Origin: an uncultured Gemmatimonadales bacterium
GTDB taxonomy: Bacteria > Gemmatimonadota > Gemmatimonadetes > Gemmatimonadales > GWC2-71-9
DNA length: 64,000 nucleotides
Direction of reading: 5' to 3'
NCBI GenBank assembly: GCA_963730185.1
Contig: CAVSQW010000012.1
Location: 64,001 to 128,000, forward strand
This document shows, one piece after another, positions 1 to 9,100 of this stretch. Within the stretch, counting starts at the first letter, position 1; each line of letters begins with the position of its first letter. The notes under the pieces were generated by a model that saw only the letters and a program-made list of their open reading frames with translations, searched no databases and was not told where the DNA came from. The position numbers were made by a program, and so were the translations under genes.

Positions 1-828
1 GCCGGAGTCGACCGCGCCTTTGACGGCGCACTCCGGCTCGGGCCGGTGGTGGCAGTCGGGGAACTTGCAGTGGTCGATAAAGGGACGCATCTCGGGAAAG
101 CAATGGGCCAGGTCGCGGGGGGCGATGCCCCAGATTCCGACGTCACTGAACCCGGGCGTGTCGACCAGATAGCCGCCCCCGTCGAGCGGGACCATCACCG
201 CGGCGGTGGTGGTCTGGCGGCCTCGCCTGATCCGGGCTGAGACCTCGGCGGTGCGAAGCGCCAGGCCCGGCTGGATCCGATTCAGCAGACTCGACTTGCC
301 CACGCCCGACGGTCCGGTCAGCAGGGTGACGTGACCGGACAGCTCGGCGGCGAGGGCATCGATCCCCTGACCGGTCAGGATGCTGACGGGCCAGAAGGGA
401 TAGCCGGCGTTCCGGTAGCGGGTGCTCAGGTCGGCATGGCTGGCCAGGTCGATCTTGGTGATCACCACTCCGGTGGGGATGCCGTTGGCCTCGGCGATCA
501 CCAGGAGCCGATCGGTGAGCTGCGCCACGGGGTCGGGATCGGCGACGGCGACGAGCACCAGGACTCGATCGAGGTTGGCCGCCACCGGGCGGACGCCGCG
601 CCCGTTCGGGGTCCGCCGGGTGAGCACGTTGCTCCGCTCCTCGATGCTCAGGATCCGGGCGGTGCCCGACGGGTCGGCCCGATCGAGAAGCACCCGATCG
701 CCGACGACCACCCGGTCACGGTCGGCCCGTTTGGTGGTGCCGCGGAGCACGGCGGTCACCTCGCCGGTGACCGTGGCGCACCGGTAGGTCGAGCCTTCCC
801 GGGCCAGCACCAATCCGTGACGGGGCAT
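1..828 (-). CDS. rsgA: Ribosome small subunit-dependent GTPase A (3' end runs off window)
   Basis: Manual minus-strand translation: start MPRHGLVLAREGSTYR, P-loop LLTGPSGVGKSSLLN, RGRQTTT, YLVDTPGFS, C-terminal Zn-site C-x4-C-x-H-x5-C pattern; ATG overlaps the upstream TAA (TAATG at 826-830). Confidence 0.93.
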   Translation of the reverse strand, partial: MPRHGLVLAREGSTYRCATVTGEVTAVLRGTTKRADRDRVVVGDRVLLDRADPSGTARILSIEERSNVLTRRTPNGRGVRPVAANLDRVLVLVAVADPDPVAQLTDRLLVIAEANGIPTGVVITKIDLASHADLSTRYRNAGYPFWPVSILTGQGIDALAAELSGHVTLLTGPSGVGKSSLLNRIQPGLALRTAEVSARIRRGRQTTTAAVMVPLDGGGYLVDTPGFSDVGIWGIAPRDLAHCFPEMRPFIDHCKFPDCHHRPEPECAVKGAVDSG

Positions 829-1145
829 TACCAGTCCTCCGCGCTGGTGGCGATGGCTTCGTCGAGGGCGGCCTTGACGTCGAAGAGCGACCAGGCGCCG
901 AGTCGGGCCTCGGCCTCCTCCGTGGTGGCGCCGTATACCAGCGGCCCGGTTTCGACGTGGCCCACGGGGTGATGGCCCGTCGGGTCCCACCGGACGAACA
1001 GCAGCGCGGCGCCGTAGAGACCCCGCCCGTCGGGTGTGTCGTCGACGTAGATGGCGCACGAGTAGGCCTGGCCGTCGGCCCCGGCAAAGGCGACCGCGCG
1101 GTCGTGGACCTGCATGTATCCAGCCAGCGTCACCTCGCGCTTCAC
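828..1145 (-). CDS. Small hypothetical protein (~105 aa) translationally coupled between proline dehydrogenase and rsgA
   Basis: C-terminal part of ORF 828..2138 is protein-like (VKREVTLAGYMQVHDRAVAF...LFVRWD...DEAIATSAEDW); GTG at 1143-1145 overlaps the TGA of the upstream gene. Confidence 0.75.
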   Translation of the reverse strand: MKREVTLAGYMQVHDRAVAFAGADGQAYSCAIYVDDTPDGRGLYGAALLFVRWDPTGHHPVGHVETGPLVYGATTEEAEARLGAWSLFDVKAALDEAIATSAEDW

Positions 1146-2077
1146 GATCGTCCGAACCCCTCCTTGAGGACGTTGCCGAGAATGAAGGCGATGTTGGCGG
1201 GCCGCTCCGCCAACCGCCGCATCAGATACGGATACCACTGGGTTCCGAACGGCACGTAGACCCGGACCCGCCAGCCCCGACCGAGCAGCCGCTGCTGGAG
1301 ATCGCGACGCACGCCGAAGAGCATCTGGAACTCGAACCGCTCCGACCCGAGGCGCAGCCGCTCGGCCGTGGCGACGGTGGCGTCGAGGATCCGTTCGTCG
1401 TGGGTCGCGATCGCCGGATAGCGCCCCGCCTCCAGCAGCCGTTCCATGAGCCGGACGAACTCGGCGTCGACGTCGGTCTTGTCCGGAAAGGCCAGGTCGG
1501 GCGGCTCGAGATACGCGCCCTTCACCAGCCTGACCCGGGCGCCGAGCCCGATCAGCCGCTCCACATCCCCGGCGGAGCGCCGGAGCATCGATTGGATTAC
1601 GACGCCCACGTGCTCGCCGTACTCGCCCGCCAACCGGTCCTCGAAGAAATCGAGGGTCCGGTCGGTGTAGTCGGACCCTTCCATGTCGATCCGGACGAAG
1701 CCTCGATGATCCCGGGCCCGTTGCACGATGCCGGTCACGTTCCGGCCGCAGAGGTCGGGATCGAGATCCAGCCCCATCTGCGTGAGCTTGAGCGAGGCAT
1801 TGACCTCGCGTCCGGCCTCGGCCAGACGGTCGAGCAGACCCCGATACTGTCCCGCGGCCGCCGCGGCATCGGCCGCCTGGTGGACGCTCTCGCCGAGGAG
1901 GTCGAGCGTGCTCCCGAGGCCCTTGCCAGCCAGGTCGCCGGCCACCCGGATGGCATCGTCGACGGACTCGCCGGCCACGAACCGGGCGGCGAACGAACGG
2001 GCCAGCCGACTGGAGCGAACCAGCTTGAACAGGGCGTCCCGTTCCGAGAGCCAGAGCAGCCCGCGCCGGAGGATCAC
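1142..2077 (-). CDS. Monofunctional proline dehydrogenase (PutB/ProDH family)
   Basis: RFVAGE, SLKLTQMG, VRIDME, VRLVKGAYLE, ATHD, VYVPFG...YLMRRLAERPAN motifs; 311 aa. Confidence 0.93.
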   Translation of the reverse strand: MILRRGLLWLSERDALFKLVRSSRLARSFAARFVAGESVDDAIRVAGDLAGKGLGSTLDLLGESVHQAADAAAAAGQYRGLLDRLAEAGREVNASLKLTQMGLDLDPDLCGRNVTGIVQRARDHRGFVRIDMEGSDYTDRTLDFFEDRLAGEYGEHVGVVIQSMLRRSAGDVERLIGLGARVRLVKGAYLEPPDLAFPDKTDVDAEFVRLMERLLEAGRYPAIATHDERILDATVATAERLRLGSERFEFQMLFGVRRDLQQRLLGRGWRVRVYVPFGTQWYPYLMRRLAERPANIAFILGNVLKEGFGRS

Positions 2078-2152
2078 GGCCCAACTCGCTTACCGGCTTG
2101 CACTTAGACGACCGCCGCCCGGTGGTTGACGGGTGCAAGCTAACGCCGTCCG

Positions 2153-3493
2153 TTAGGCGCGGCCATCCCTCGAAGGCGGCCCCGCCGGGAGCCAGACCCG
2201 GGCCTCGACGCCGGGACCGTCGGGGCGGTTGGCCAGCGAGATCTTTCCGCCGTGGGCTTCGACCACCTGCCGGCTGAAGACGAGGCCGATCCCGGAACCG
2301 CTGGGTTTGGTGGTGAAGAACGGGACGAAGAGGTTGCTGCTCGAGCTGAGGCCGGCGCCTTCGTCGCGGACCAGGACCTCGACTCCGCCAGCGGCTTCCC
2401 GCCAGGTGACCTCGACTCCGCCTCCGGTGGACTGGACCGCGTCGATGGCGTTCTTGACCAGGTTGATGAGCACCTGGTCGAGCTGGTCACCGTCGGCCTC
2501 GATAACCGCGGGCGGGCCGGGGAGGACCTTTACCGGCAGGCGGGGGTCGAGTTGGGTCACCCGCCAGACCCATTCCCCGACCTCGACCGGACCGAAGGTG
2601 GGCGGCGGGAGCTTGGCGAGCCGGGCGTAGGAGGCCATGAACCGATTGAGGGCATCGGCCCGAGCGGCCACGACCGACAGGCCGCTCCGGAGATCGTCCT
2701 CGAGGTCGGGCGGCCGGGGCTCGCGGTCCAGCATGCCGGTCAGGGTCCCGGCGACCGACTTGATCGGGGCGAGCGAGTTGTTGATCTCGTGGCTCAGCAC
2801 CCGGACGAGCCGCTGCCAGACCTGACGTTCCTCGGTGCGGAGCACCCTGGAGATGTCGGTGAGCATGACCAGATCCAGCGGCAGGCCCCCCTGCCGGAAC
2901 CGTCGGCGCCGGACCTCCCAACGACCGCTGCCGCTCGAAGGCAGGGTGATCTCGACGATTCGCGGGGTCTCGCCCTGAAGGCAGGGCTCGAGCCCAAGGT
3001 AGTCGGCGGTCCGGCCCAGGACCCGCTCGATCGGTTGGCCCAGGAGCCGCTCGCCGGCGCGATTGGCGACCCGAAGCATGCGGCCGGCGTCGAACGCGAA
3101 GACGGCGACGTCGATCTCTTCCATCAGCCGCTTGAGCAGGGCGTCGGCCTCCAGCGCCCCGAGTCGCTGCTCCTTGAGCGTCTCACTCAGCACGTTGAGC
3201 TCGTGGCGAACCTCGCCCAGCACGTCGTGGACCGGCTCCTCGCGGGCCCGGATAGTGAAGTGGCCTTCCCGGAGCCCCGCGATGATGTTGGCGATGACCT
3301 GGAGCGGGCGGACCACCCGGACCTGAGCGGCGCGCGCCGCGCCGAGCCAGAGGAGGATCAGGGCGCCGAGCAGGGTACCCCGGAGCAGCCCGGTCGCCGG
3401 CACCATCCAGAGCAGGATCCCGGCCGTCCCGAGCGCCGGCAGTCCGGCGGCGAGGGCCAGAAGGAGGATCCGGCGGTCGTGGGACAGGGCCAT
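2153..3493 (-). CDS. Membrane sensor histidine kinase (2 TM, HAMP/PAS-like, HisKA, HATPase; NtrB/NtrY-like)
   Basis: H-box LSHEINNSL, N-box QVLINLVKNA, DEGAG, FVPFFTTK, GSGIGL; start taken at MALSHDRR. Confidence 0.92.
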   Translation of the reverse strand: MALSHDRRILLLALAAGLPALGTAGILLWMVPATGLLRGTLLGALILLWLGAARAAQVRVVRPLQVIANIIAGLREGHFTIRAREEPVHDVLGEVRHELNVLSETLKEQRLGALEADALLKRLMEEIDVAVFAFDAGRMLRVANRAGERLLGQPIERVLGRTADYLGLEPCLQGETPRIVEITLPSSGSGRWEVRRRRFRQGGLPLDLVMLTDISRVLRTEERQVWQRLVRVLSHEINNSLAPIKSVAGTLTGMLDREPRPPDLEDDLRSGLSVVAARADALNRFMASYARLAKLPPPTFGPVEVGEWVWRVTQLDPRLPVKVLPGPPAVIEADGDQLDQVLINLVKNAIDAVQSTGGGVEVTWREAAGGVEVLVRDEGAGLSSSSNLFVPFFTTKPSGSGIGLVFSRQVVEAHGGKISLANRPDGPGVEARVWLPAGPPSRDGRA

Positions 3494-3531
3494 GGGCTCG
3501 ACGGTTGGACGGGCTGGGGAAGGGGCTGGGA

Positions 3532-4908
3532 CTACTTGTCGAGGGAGATGCCGTGCCGCTGGAGCCGCCGGTAGAGCGCGGAGCGGCTCAGGCCGAGCGT
3601 CTTGGCGGCGAGGCTCACGTTGCCCTCGTGCTGGGCCAGCGCGGTACGGATGGCTTCGCGCTCCAGCTCGTCGAGGCTCCGGGGCGCCTCCTGTGCGCCA
3701 CCGTCCCGGCCCGGGGGAGAGAGCGCGAGGTCCCAGGCCTCGATGACGTCGCCCTGGGAGAGCAGCACCGCGCGCTCGACCGCGTGATCGAGCTCGCGGA
3801 CGTTGCCGGCCCACTCGTAGCGGAGCAGCGCCTGGGCGGCTTCGTCGCTGAAGCCGGCGCGCGGCCGGTTGTAACGGGCCGCGTAGCGGGCCAGGAAGTG
3901 CTGGGCCAGGGGCAGAATGTCCTCGCGCCGGTCGCGGAGCCGGGGGAGGTGAATCTCGATGGTGTTGAGGCGGTAGAGCAGGTCCTCGCGGAACCGGCCC
4001 GAGCGGACCTCCTCCCGGAGGTCGGCGTTGGTCGCGGCGATCACCCGTACGTTCACCCGCCGGGTCTGGGACGACCCGACCCGCTCGAGCTCGCCGATCT
4101 GGAGCACCCGCAGCAACCGGGCCTGTTGGGACAGTCCGATGTTGGCGATCTCGTCGAGGAAGAGCGTGCCGCCATCGGCCATCTCGAACCGTCCCATCCG
4201 GTCGGCCTTGGCATCGGTGAAGGCGCCTTTGACGTGGCCGAAGAGCTCGCTTTCGAACACGCCTTCCGGGAGCCCCCCCGCGTTGACGATCACCAGGGCC
4301 TTCTCCCGGCGGTTGGAGGCGGCGTGGATCCAGCGGGCGACGACCTCCTTGCCGGTCCCGTGCTCCCCGGTGATGAGCACGTTGGCGTCGCTCGGCGCGA
4401 TCCGCTCCATCACTTGAAGGATCGGACGCATCACCGGCGACTCGGCGATCAGGTCGGGGAAGCCGTCCTTCCGCAGGAGGCGATTCTCCTGCTCGAGCCG
4501 CTGGGCCGAGCGGAGGGCGCGGGAGAGGTCGACCTGGGTCCGGAGCATGCTGAGCAGCCGGGCGTTGTCCCAGGGCTTCTCGATGAAGTCGCGGGCGCCC
4601 AGGCGCATGGCCTCGACCGCCTTGTCGACGCTGCCCCAGGCGGTCATCACGATCACCGGCAGGGTGGGGTCCTGGGCCCGCATCCGGGAGAGCAGATCCA
4701 TGCCCTCGCGCCCGGAGGTGGTGTCGCGGGTGTAGTTGAGATCGATCATCGCCGCGTCCACGTCCTGCCGTTCCAGGATGGCCATCACGCCCTCGGGCAC
4801 GTGGGCGGTGACGGTCCGGTACCCTTCGGCCTTGAGCAACAGGCGGAGGGCCTCGACCACGTCGGGCTGGTCGTCGGCGAGCAGGATGAGGGGATGTTCG
4901 GTCGTCAC
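3532..4908 (-). CDS. Sigma54-dependent response regulator (REC-AAA+-Fis HTH, NtrC family)
   Basis: LLADDQ/AMIDLNY receiver, Walker A GEHGTGKE, ESELFGHVKGAFTDA, LFLDEI, FREDLLYRLN, WAGNVREL, HTH AAKTLGLSRSALYRRL; GTG start inferred at 4908. Confidence 0.95.
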   Translation of the reverse strand: MTTEHPLILLADDQPDVVEALRLLLKAEGYRTVTAHVPEGVMAILERQDVDAAMIDLNYTRDTTSGREGMDLLSRMRAQDPTLPVIVMTAWGSVDKAVEAMRLGARDFIEKPWDNARLLSMLRTQVDLSRALRSAQRLEQENRLLRKDGFPDLIAESPVMRPILQVMERIAPSDANVLITGEHGTGKEVVARWIHAASNRREKALVIVNAGGLPEGVFESELFGHVKGAFTDAKADRMGRFEMADGGTLFLDEIANIGLSQQARLLRVLQIGELERVGSSQTRRVNVRVIAATNADLREEVRSGRFREDLLYRLNTIEIHLPRLRDRREDILPLAQHFLARYAARYNRPRAGFSDEAAQALLRYEWAGNVRELDHAVERAVLLSQGDVIEAWDLALSPPGRDGGAQEAPRSLDELEREAIRTALAQHEGNVSLAAKTLGLSRSALYRRLQRHGISLDK

Positions 4909-4927
4909 GTCGAGCTCCGGCCCCGGG

Positions 4928-5605
4928 CTAGCGGGGGGTTTCCTCGCCCACCACCCAGCCGTCCTTGAGCTGGACGATACGGTGGCTGTACCGGGCATTG
5001 TCGTCCGAGTGAGTCACCTGGATGATGGTGGTACCCTCCCGGTTCAGCCGGGTGAAGAGCTCCATGATCTCCCGGGCCTGCTGCGAATGGAGATTGCCGG
5101 TCGGCTCGTCGGCCAGAATGAGCTTGGGCTTGGCCACCACCGCCCGAGCCACCCCCACCAGCTGCTGCTGCCCACCGGAGAGCTGGCTGGGAAAGAGGTC
5201 CTTCTTCCCGACGATCTGAAACCGGTCCAGGATGTCGGCCACCATCGCCTGGCGCTCGCCCCGCGAATAGTCCCGGTAGGTGAGCGGGGTCTCGATGTTC
5301 TCGTACACGGTCAGGGTATCGATCAGGTGATACTGCTGGAACACGAAGCCGATGTGCGCCTTGTTGAGCTGGGCCCGATGCTTGGGCTTCAAGGCATGCA
5401 CCGGCTCGTCCAGGAACCAAAACTCCCCGCTCCAGGACGCGTCGAGCATGCCCAGGATCCCGAGCAGGGTGGACTTCCCGGCTCCCGAGGGGCCCATGAT
5501 GGTGACGAATTCTCCCTGCTGGATCTCGAGCCCGACCTGGCGCAGGACCCAGGTCCGGGTCGAGCCCGCCTGGAAGAACTTCTCGACGTTGTGGAGCCGG
5601 ATCAT
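4928..5605 (-). CDS. ABC transporter ATP-binding protein (MacB/LolD-like)
   Basis: GPSGAGKST, LSGGQQQ, LILADEPTGNL, VTH. Confidence 0.95.
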   Translation of the reverse strand: MIRLHNVEKFFQAGSTRTWVLRQVGLEIQQGEFVTIMGPSGAGKSTLLGILGMLDASWSGEFWFLDEPVHALKPKHRAQLNKAHIGFVFQQYHLIDTLTVYENIETPLTYRDYSRGERQAMVADILDRFQIVGKKDLFPSQLSGGQQQLVGVARAVVAKPKLILADEPTGNLHSQQAREIMELFTRLNREGTTIIQVTHSDDNARYSHRIVQLKDGWVVGEETPR

Positions 5606-5611
5606 GGCATC

Positions 5612-5664
5612 GTGAGTGGTGATTGGTGAGTGGTGAACAGGGAGTGAGTGGTGAGTTGGGAGTC
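5612..5664. repeat. Degenerate heptamer tandem repeat (GTGAGTG-like, about 7 units) in intergenic gap
   Basis: GTGAGTG GTGATTG GTGAGTG GTGAACA GGGA GTGAGTG GTGAGTT GGGAGTC read directly. Confidence 0.6.
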
Positions 5665-5682
5665 GGGGGCCACCCCCGAAAC

Positions 5683-6603
5683 TTAGGGCGCCAGCCAGCG
5701 GATTGCTTGGCGGACGAAGCGCCAGTTCTGGGGGGCGCTCGGCACGTTCATTCCCATGGGTCGGCCTCGGGCCAGCTGGGCGGTGAGCATCGCGGCTTCC
5801 CCGGTGACGACCACCCGGCCCCGGCCGACCTGACCGGCGGCGGCTTGCACCATGCCTTCCGCCGACTCGCGGGTGGTGGTCGAGTCGAACTCCCAGGCTA
5901 CCTTGGGAAGGTAGTTGACCGCACCGGGCCCGAAGACCATCAGCGGCGTGAACCCTTGAGGCACCCGGAATCCCTCGCCCGTGAACGAGCGAACCGAGTC
6001 GATCCGCTCGCCAGGCGCCTGGCCGTCGGTGATCGGGTGCGACCGGAGGGTCCCAGCGGCTCGGGTGAAAGCCGGGACGCCGTGGCCGGGGGCCGAGTCG
6101 AAAACGAAGCCGTTCGTCAGGGTCACGCCGAACGCGGCGGCCAATGGGCCCGCCGCGCCGGGGAACGGCATGTGATCGGCGGCCAGGAGGAGACCGCCGC
6201 CCCCTCGGATAAAGGCGGCAATCGTACCGATCTCCTGATCGGTGAACGCCGACGGCGTCGGGAGGGCCCAGCGCTGGAGATTGGCCTCGGCCAGGGCGTT
6301 GGCGATGACGAGGATCTTCACGCCACGGAGCGATTCGGACGTGACCGGGCCGTCAAGCGACCGGACCCGATAGCCATCGTCGCGCATCAGCTGGGCAAAG
6401 GCCCGGAACCGCCCGTCGGCGGTGTGGAAGTCGTGGTGGCCGGCGTCGATTGCCACGACCGGACCGGTGCCGGCGGCGAATCGGGGCCGCTCGATCGGGG
6501 CCCGGAAGACGGTATCGGACACCTGCTGCGCCGCCAGGGCGCCGGTCCAGGCGACCGCCAGGAGCCCGACCAGTCCCGCCAGACGGGGGGCCTTACCCGG
6601 CAC
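5683..6603 (-). CDS. Secreted protein, probable class-I GATase-like fold (DUF4350-like)
   Basis: Signal peptide ending ALAA-QQ; VAIDAGHHDFHT, LLLAADHMPFPGAA, GRGRVVVTGEAAM; GGAGG SD 6 nt before GTG at 6603; family label is inference. Confidence 0.7.
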   Translation of the reverse strand: MPGKAPRLAGLVGLLAVAWTGALAAQQVSDTVFRAPIERPRFAAGTGPVVAIDAGHHDFHTADGRFRAFAQLMRDDGYRVRSLDGPVTSESLRGVKILVIANALAEANLQRWALPTPSAFTDQEIGTIAAFIRGGGGLLLAADHMPFPGAAGPLAAAFGVTLTNGFVFDSAPGHGVPAFTRAAGTLRSHPITDGQAPGERIDSVRSFTGEGFRVPQGFTPLMVFGPGAVNYLPKVAWEFDSTTTRESAEGMVQAAAGQVGRGRVVVTGEAAMLTAQLARGRPMGMNVPSAPQNWRFVRQAIRWLAP

Positions 6604-6682
6604 GCAGCACCTCCACGGGATCGACCCGGACGCCAGGCCGGAGGGCCAAGCGGGCCGCCGGTCCTGAAGTAGGTCGGTCATC

Positions 6683-9082
6683 TCATTCCGCCTTGAGGGC
6701 GACGATGGGATCGACCCGAACTGCCCGCCGAGCGGGCACCAGACTGGCGACCAGGGCGACCGCGACGATCAGGAGGCCGATCACACCGAACGTCAGAGGA
6801 TCAGCGGGGCTCACGCCGAGGAGCAGGCTCTTGACCAACTGGCCGACGCCGACGGCCAGCGCCGCGCCGATCGCCCCGCCGATCACCGCCAGCCGGAGGC
6901 CGTCGAGCATCACCAGGCGCGCGACGTCGCCGGTGGCGGCGCCGAGCGCGACCCGCACGCCGATCTCGCGGGTCCGCTGCGCCACCGAATAGGCCATCAC
7001 CCCATAGATCCCGATGGCGGCCAAGAGCAGCGCGAGCCCGCCGAACACCGCCAGCGACTTGGACCCGAGCTGCTGGCCGATGGTGGACTGGAGCATATTC
7101 TCGCTCAGCGTCCGGGGACCGAGGAAGGGCAGGTCGGCGTAGACCGCCCGGACTTCGGCCCGGATCGGCTCGATCATGGTCCGGGGATCGGCGACCGTCC
7201 GGACGTGGATGGTCGTTCCAGGATTGTAGGCGAGCCAGTAAGGCCGGTAGATGAGCGGGAACGGCGAGTCGGTCAGCTGCTGATAATGTCCGTCCCGAGC
7301 CACCCCGACCACGGTCCAGGACCGGCCTTGCTGCTGGAACTCCCGACCGATCGCCTCTTTCCCGGGCCAGAACCGGCGGACGAACGCTTCGTTGACCACG
7401 GCCACGTCTTGGTCGTCAGCCGCGATGCCCCGGCCCTTGACCAGGTCGATGCCCATCGTCGCGAAGTAATCCGAGGAGACCCGTGAATACACGATCGACA
7501 TGTTCTCGTCTTTGGCCGGCTCGTAGCCGTCGATCCGGATCGACGACGACGAGCAGCAGCTCCAGCTCAGCGGCACGAAGGTGGCGCTGGTCGCGTTCCG
7601 GACGCCGGGCATGGCCCGGATCCGGGTCAGGATCCGGCGCATCATCTCGGGGCCCAGGCTGTCGGGGACGCCGGCCACCTGAAAATCGGTCGTGACCAGG
7701 AGGACGTGATCCGGGTCGGTGAAGCCGGGATCGATCCGCTTGATCTGCTGCATTGCCCGGAGGAAGAGCCCGGCCGACACCAGGGAGACCACCGCCAGCG
7801 CCACCTGTCCCACCACCAGGGCATTCCGTCCACCCGAACGGCCCCGACTGCCGGTGGTGACGTCCTTGAGCACCGACACCAGGTCCGGGCGGGTGGCTCG
7901 GATGGCGGGCCAGAGCCCAAAGATCAGCACCGTGAGTGACGTCAACCCGGCCGCGACCAGGAGGACCCGCCCGTTGACCTGGAAGTCAAAGGAGAGCGGG
8001 AATGGGGTGGGCGGCAGGGCGGCGGCCAGCAAGTTCCGGCCCCAGGCCGCGAAGAACACGCCGGCCGCGCCGCCGACCAAGGCGAGCAGCGCGCTCTCGG
8101 TCAGCAGCTGCCGGACGACCCGACTTCGGTCTGCGCCAACGGCGAGCCGGACGGCGATCTCCTTCTCGCGGGCGGCGCTCCGGGCCAAGAGGAGGTTCGC
8201 GACGTTGGCGCACGCGATGAGGAGAATCAGCCCGGTGATCCCGAGCAGGGACAGGAAGATCGGTCGCATCGTGGCGGCCGGGCCTCGATCGGTGAGCCCG
8301 GAGATGACCGCATGGTTGGCGTTGTCCGGGTAGACCTTGTCCAGCTCGTTGCCGACCCGGTCCATGTCCGCCCGGGCCATGGCCATGGTGACGCCCGGCT
8401 TGAGCCGGGCGACTCCCTGCATGAACTGCGACCCCCGGTGCTCCAGCGGATTGGCGTTGAAGAGGATGGGATAGGTGGTGACCAGGACGTAGACGTCGAA
8501 TTCGAGCCCGACGTAGCTCCCCCCGAATCGGGGCGGCATCACCCCCACCACCGCGAAGTCGTGCCCGTTGAGCGTGATCGTCCGCCCGACGACGGTGGAG
8601 TCCGAGTCGAACCGGCGCTGCCAAAAGCCGTACCCCAGAACGGCCACCGGGGCGGCCTGGTGCTCTTCCTCGGCCCGAAAGGTCCGCCCCAGCATGGCCC
8701 GGACGCCGAGGACATCGAACACGTTGGCACTCGCGACCGAGGCCCAGGCCCGCTCCACCCCCTGCCCCATCCGGACCCCGACCTGCTGGGCCGACTGGAC
8801 CGTCATGCCCTCGAACGAGCGGTTCCGTTCCGACCAATCACGGTAGGAGGGATAGGAGACCGACCAGGTGGAGCCGCCCGGTGCCTGGGTCAGGAAGGTG
8901 ACCAGGCGGGAAGCGTTCTCGACCTCGGGCAGCGGATTGACCAGGAACCGATCGGTCCAGGTGTACACCGTGGTGACCGTGCCGATCCCGAGCCCCAGCG
9001 AGAGTAGGGTCACCCCCAGAAACCCCGGCGTCTTCCCGAGGGAGCGGAGCGCCACCCTGATGTCGTTGCCCAGACCTCTCAT
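6683..9082 (-). CDS. ABC permease with duplicated MacB_PCD/FtsX domains (ADOP family)
   Basis: 799 aa; LLIACANVANLLLAR..REKEIAVRLAVGA, QRTREIGVRVALGA, ends PARRAVRVDPIVALKAE. Confidence 0.93.
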   Translation of the reverse strand: MRGLGNDIRVALRSLGKTPGFLGVTLLSLGLGIGTVTTVYTWTDRFLVNPLPEVENASRLVTFLTQAPGGSTWSVSYPSYRDWSERNRSFEGMTVQSAQQVGVRMGQGVERAWASVASANVFDVLGVRAMLGRTFRAEEEHQAAPVAVLGYGFWQRRFDSDSTVVGRTITLNGHDFAVVGVMPPRFGGSYVGLEFDVYVLVTTYPILFNANPLEHRGSQFMQGVARLKPGVTMAMARADMDRVGNELDKVYPDNANHAVISGLTDRGPAATMRPIFLSLLGITGLILLIACANVANLLLARSAAREKEIAVRLAVGADRSRVVRQLLTESALLALVGGAAGVFFAAWGRNLLAAALPPTPFPLSFDFQVNGRVLLVAAGLTSLTVLIFGLWPAIRATRPDLVSVLKDVTTGSRGRSGGRNALVVGQVALAVVSLVSAGLFLRAMQQIKRIDPGFTDPDHVLLVTTDFQVAGVPDSLGPEMMRRILTRIRAMPGVRNATSATFVPLSWSCCSSSSIRIDGYEPAKDENMSIVYSRVSSDYFATMGIDLVKGRGIAADDQDVAVVNEAFVRRFWPGKEAIGREFQQQGRSWTVVGVARDGHYQQLTDSPFPLIYRPYWLAYNPGTTIHVRTVADPRTMIEPIRAEVRAVYADLPFLGPRTLSENMLQSTIGQQLGSKSLAVFGGLALLLAAIGIYGVMAYSVAQRTREIGVRVALGAATGDVARLVMLDGLRLAVIGGAIGAALAVGVGQLVKSLLLGVSPADPLTFGVIGLLIVAVALVASLVPARRAVRVDPIVALKAE

Positions 9083-9100
9083 CGATCGTCTCCCATCGAG

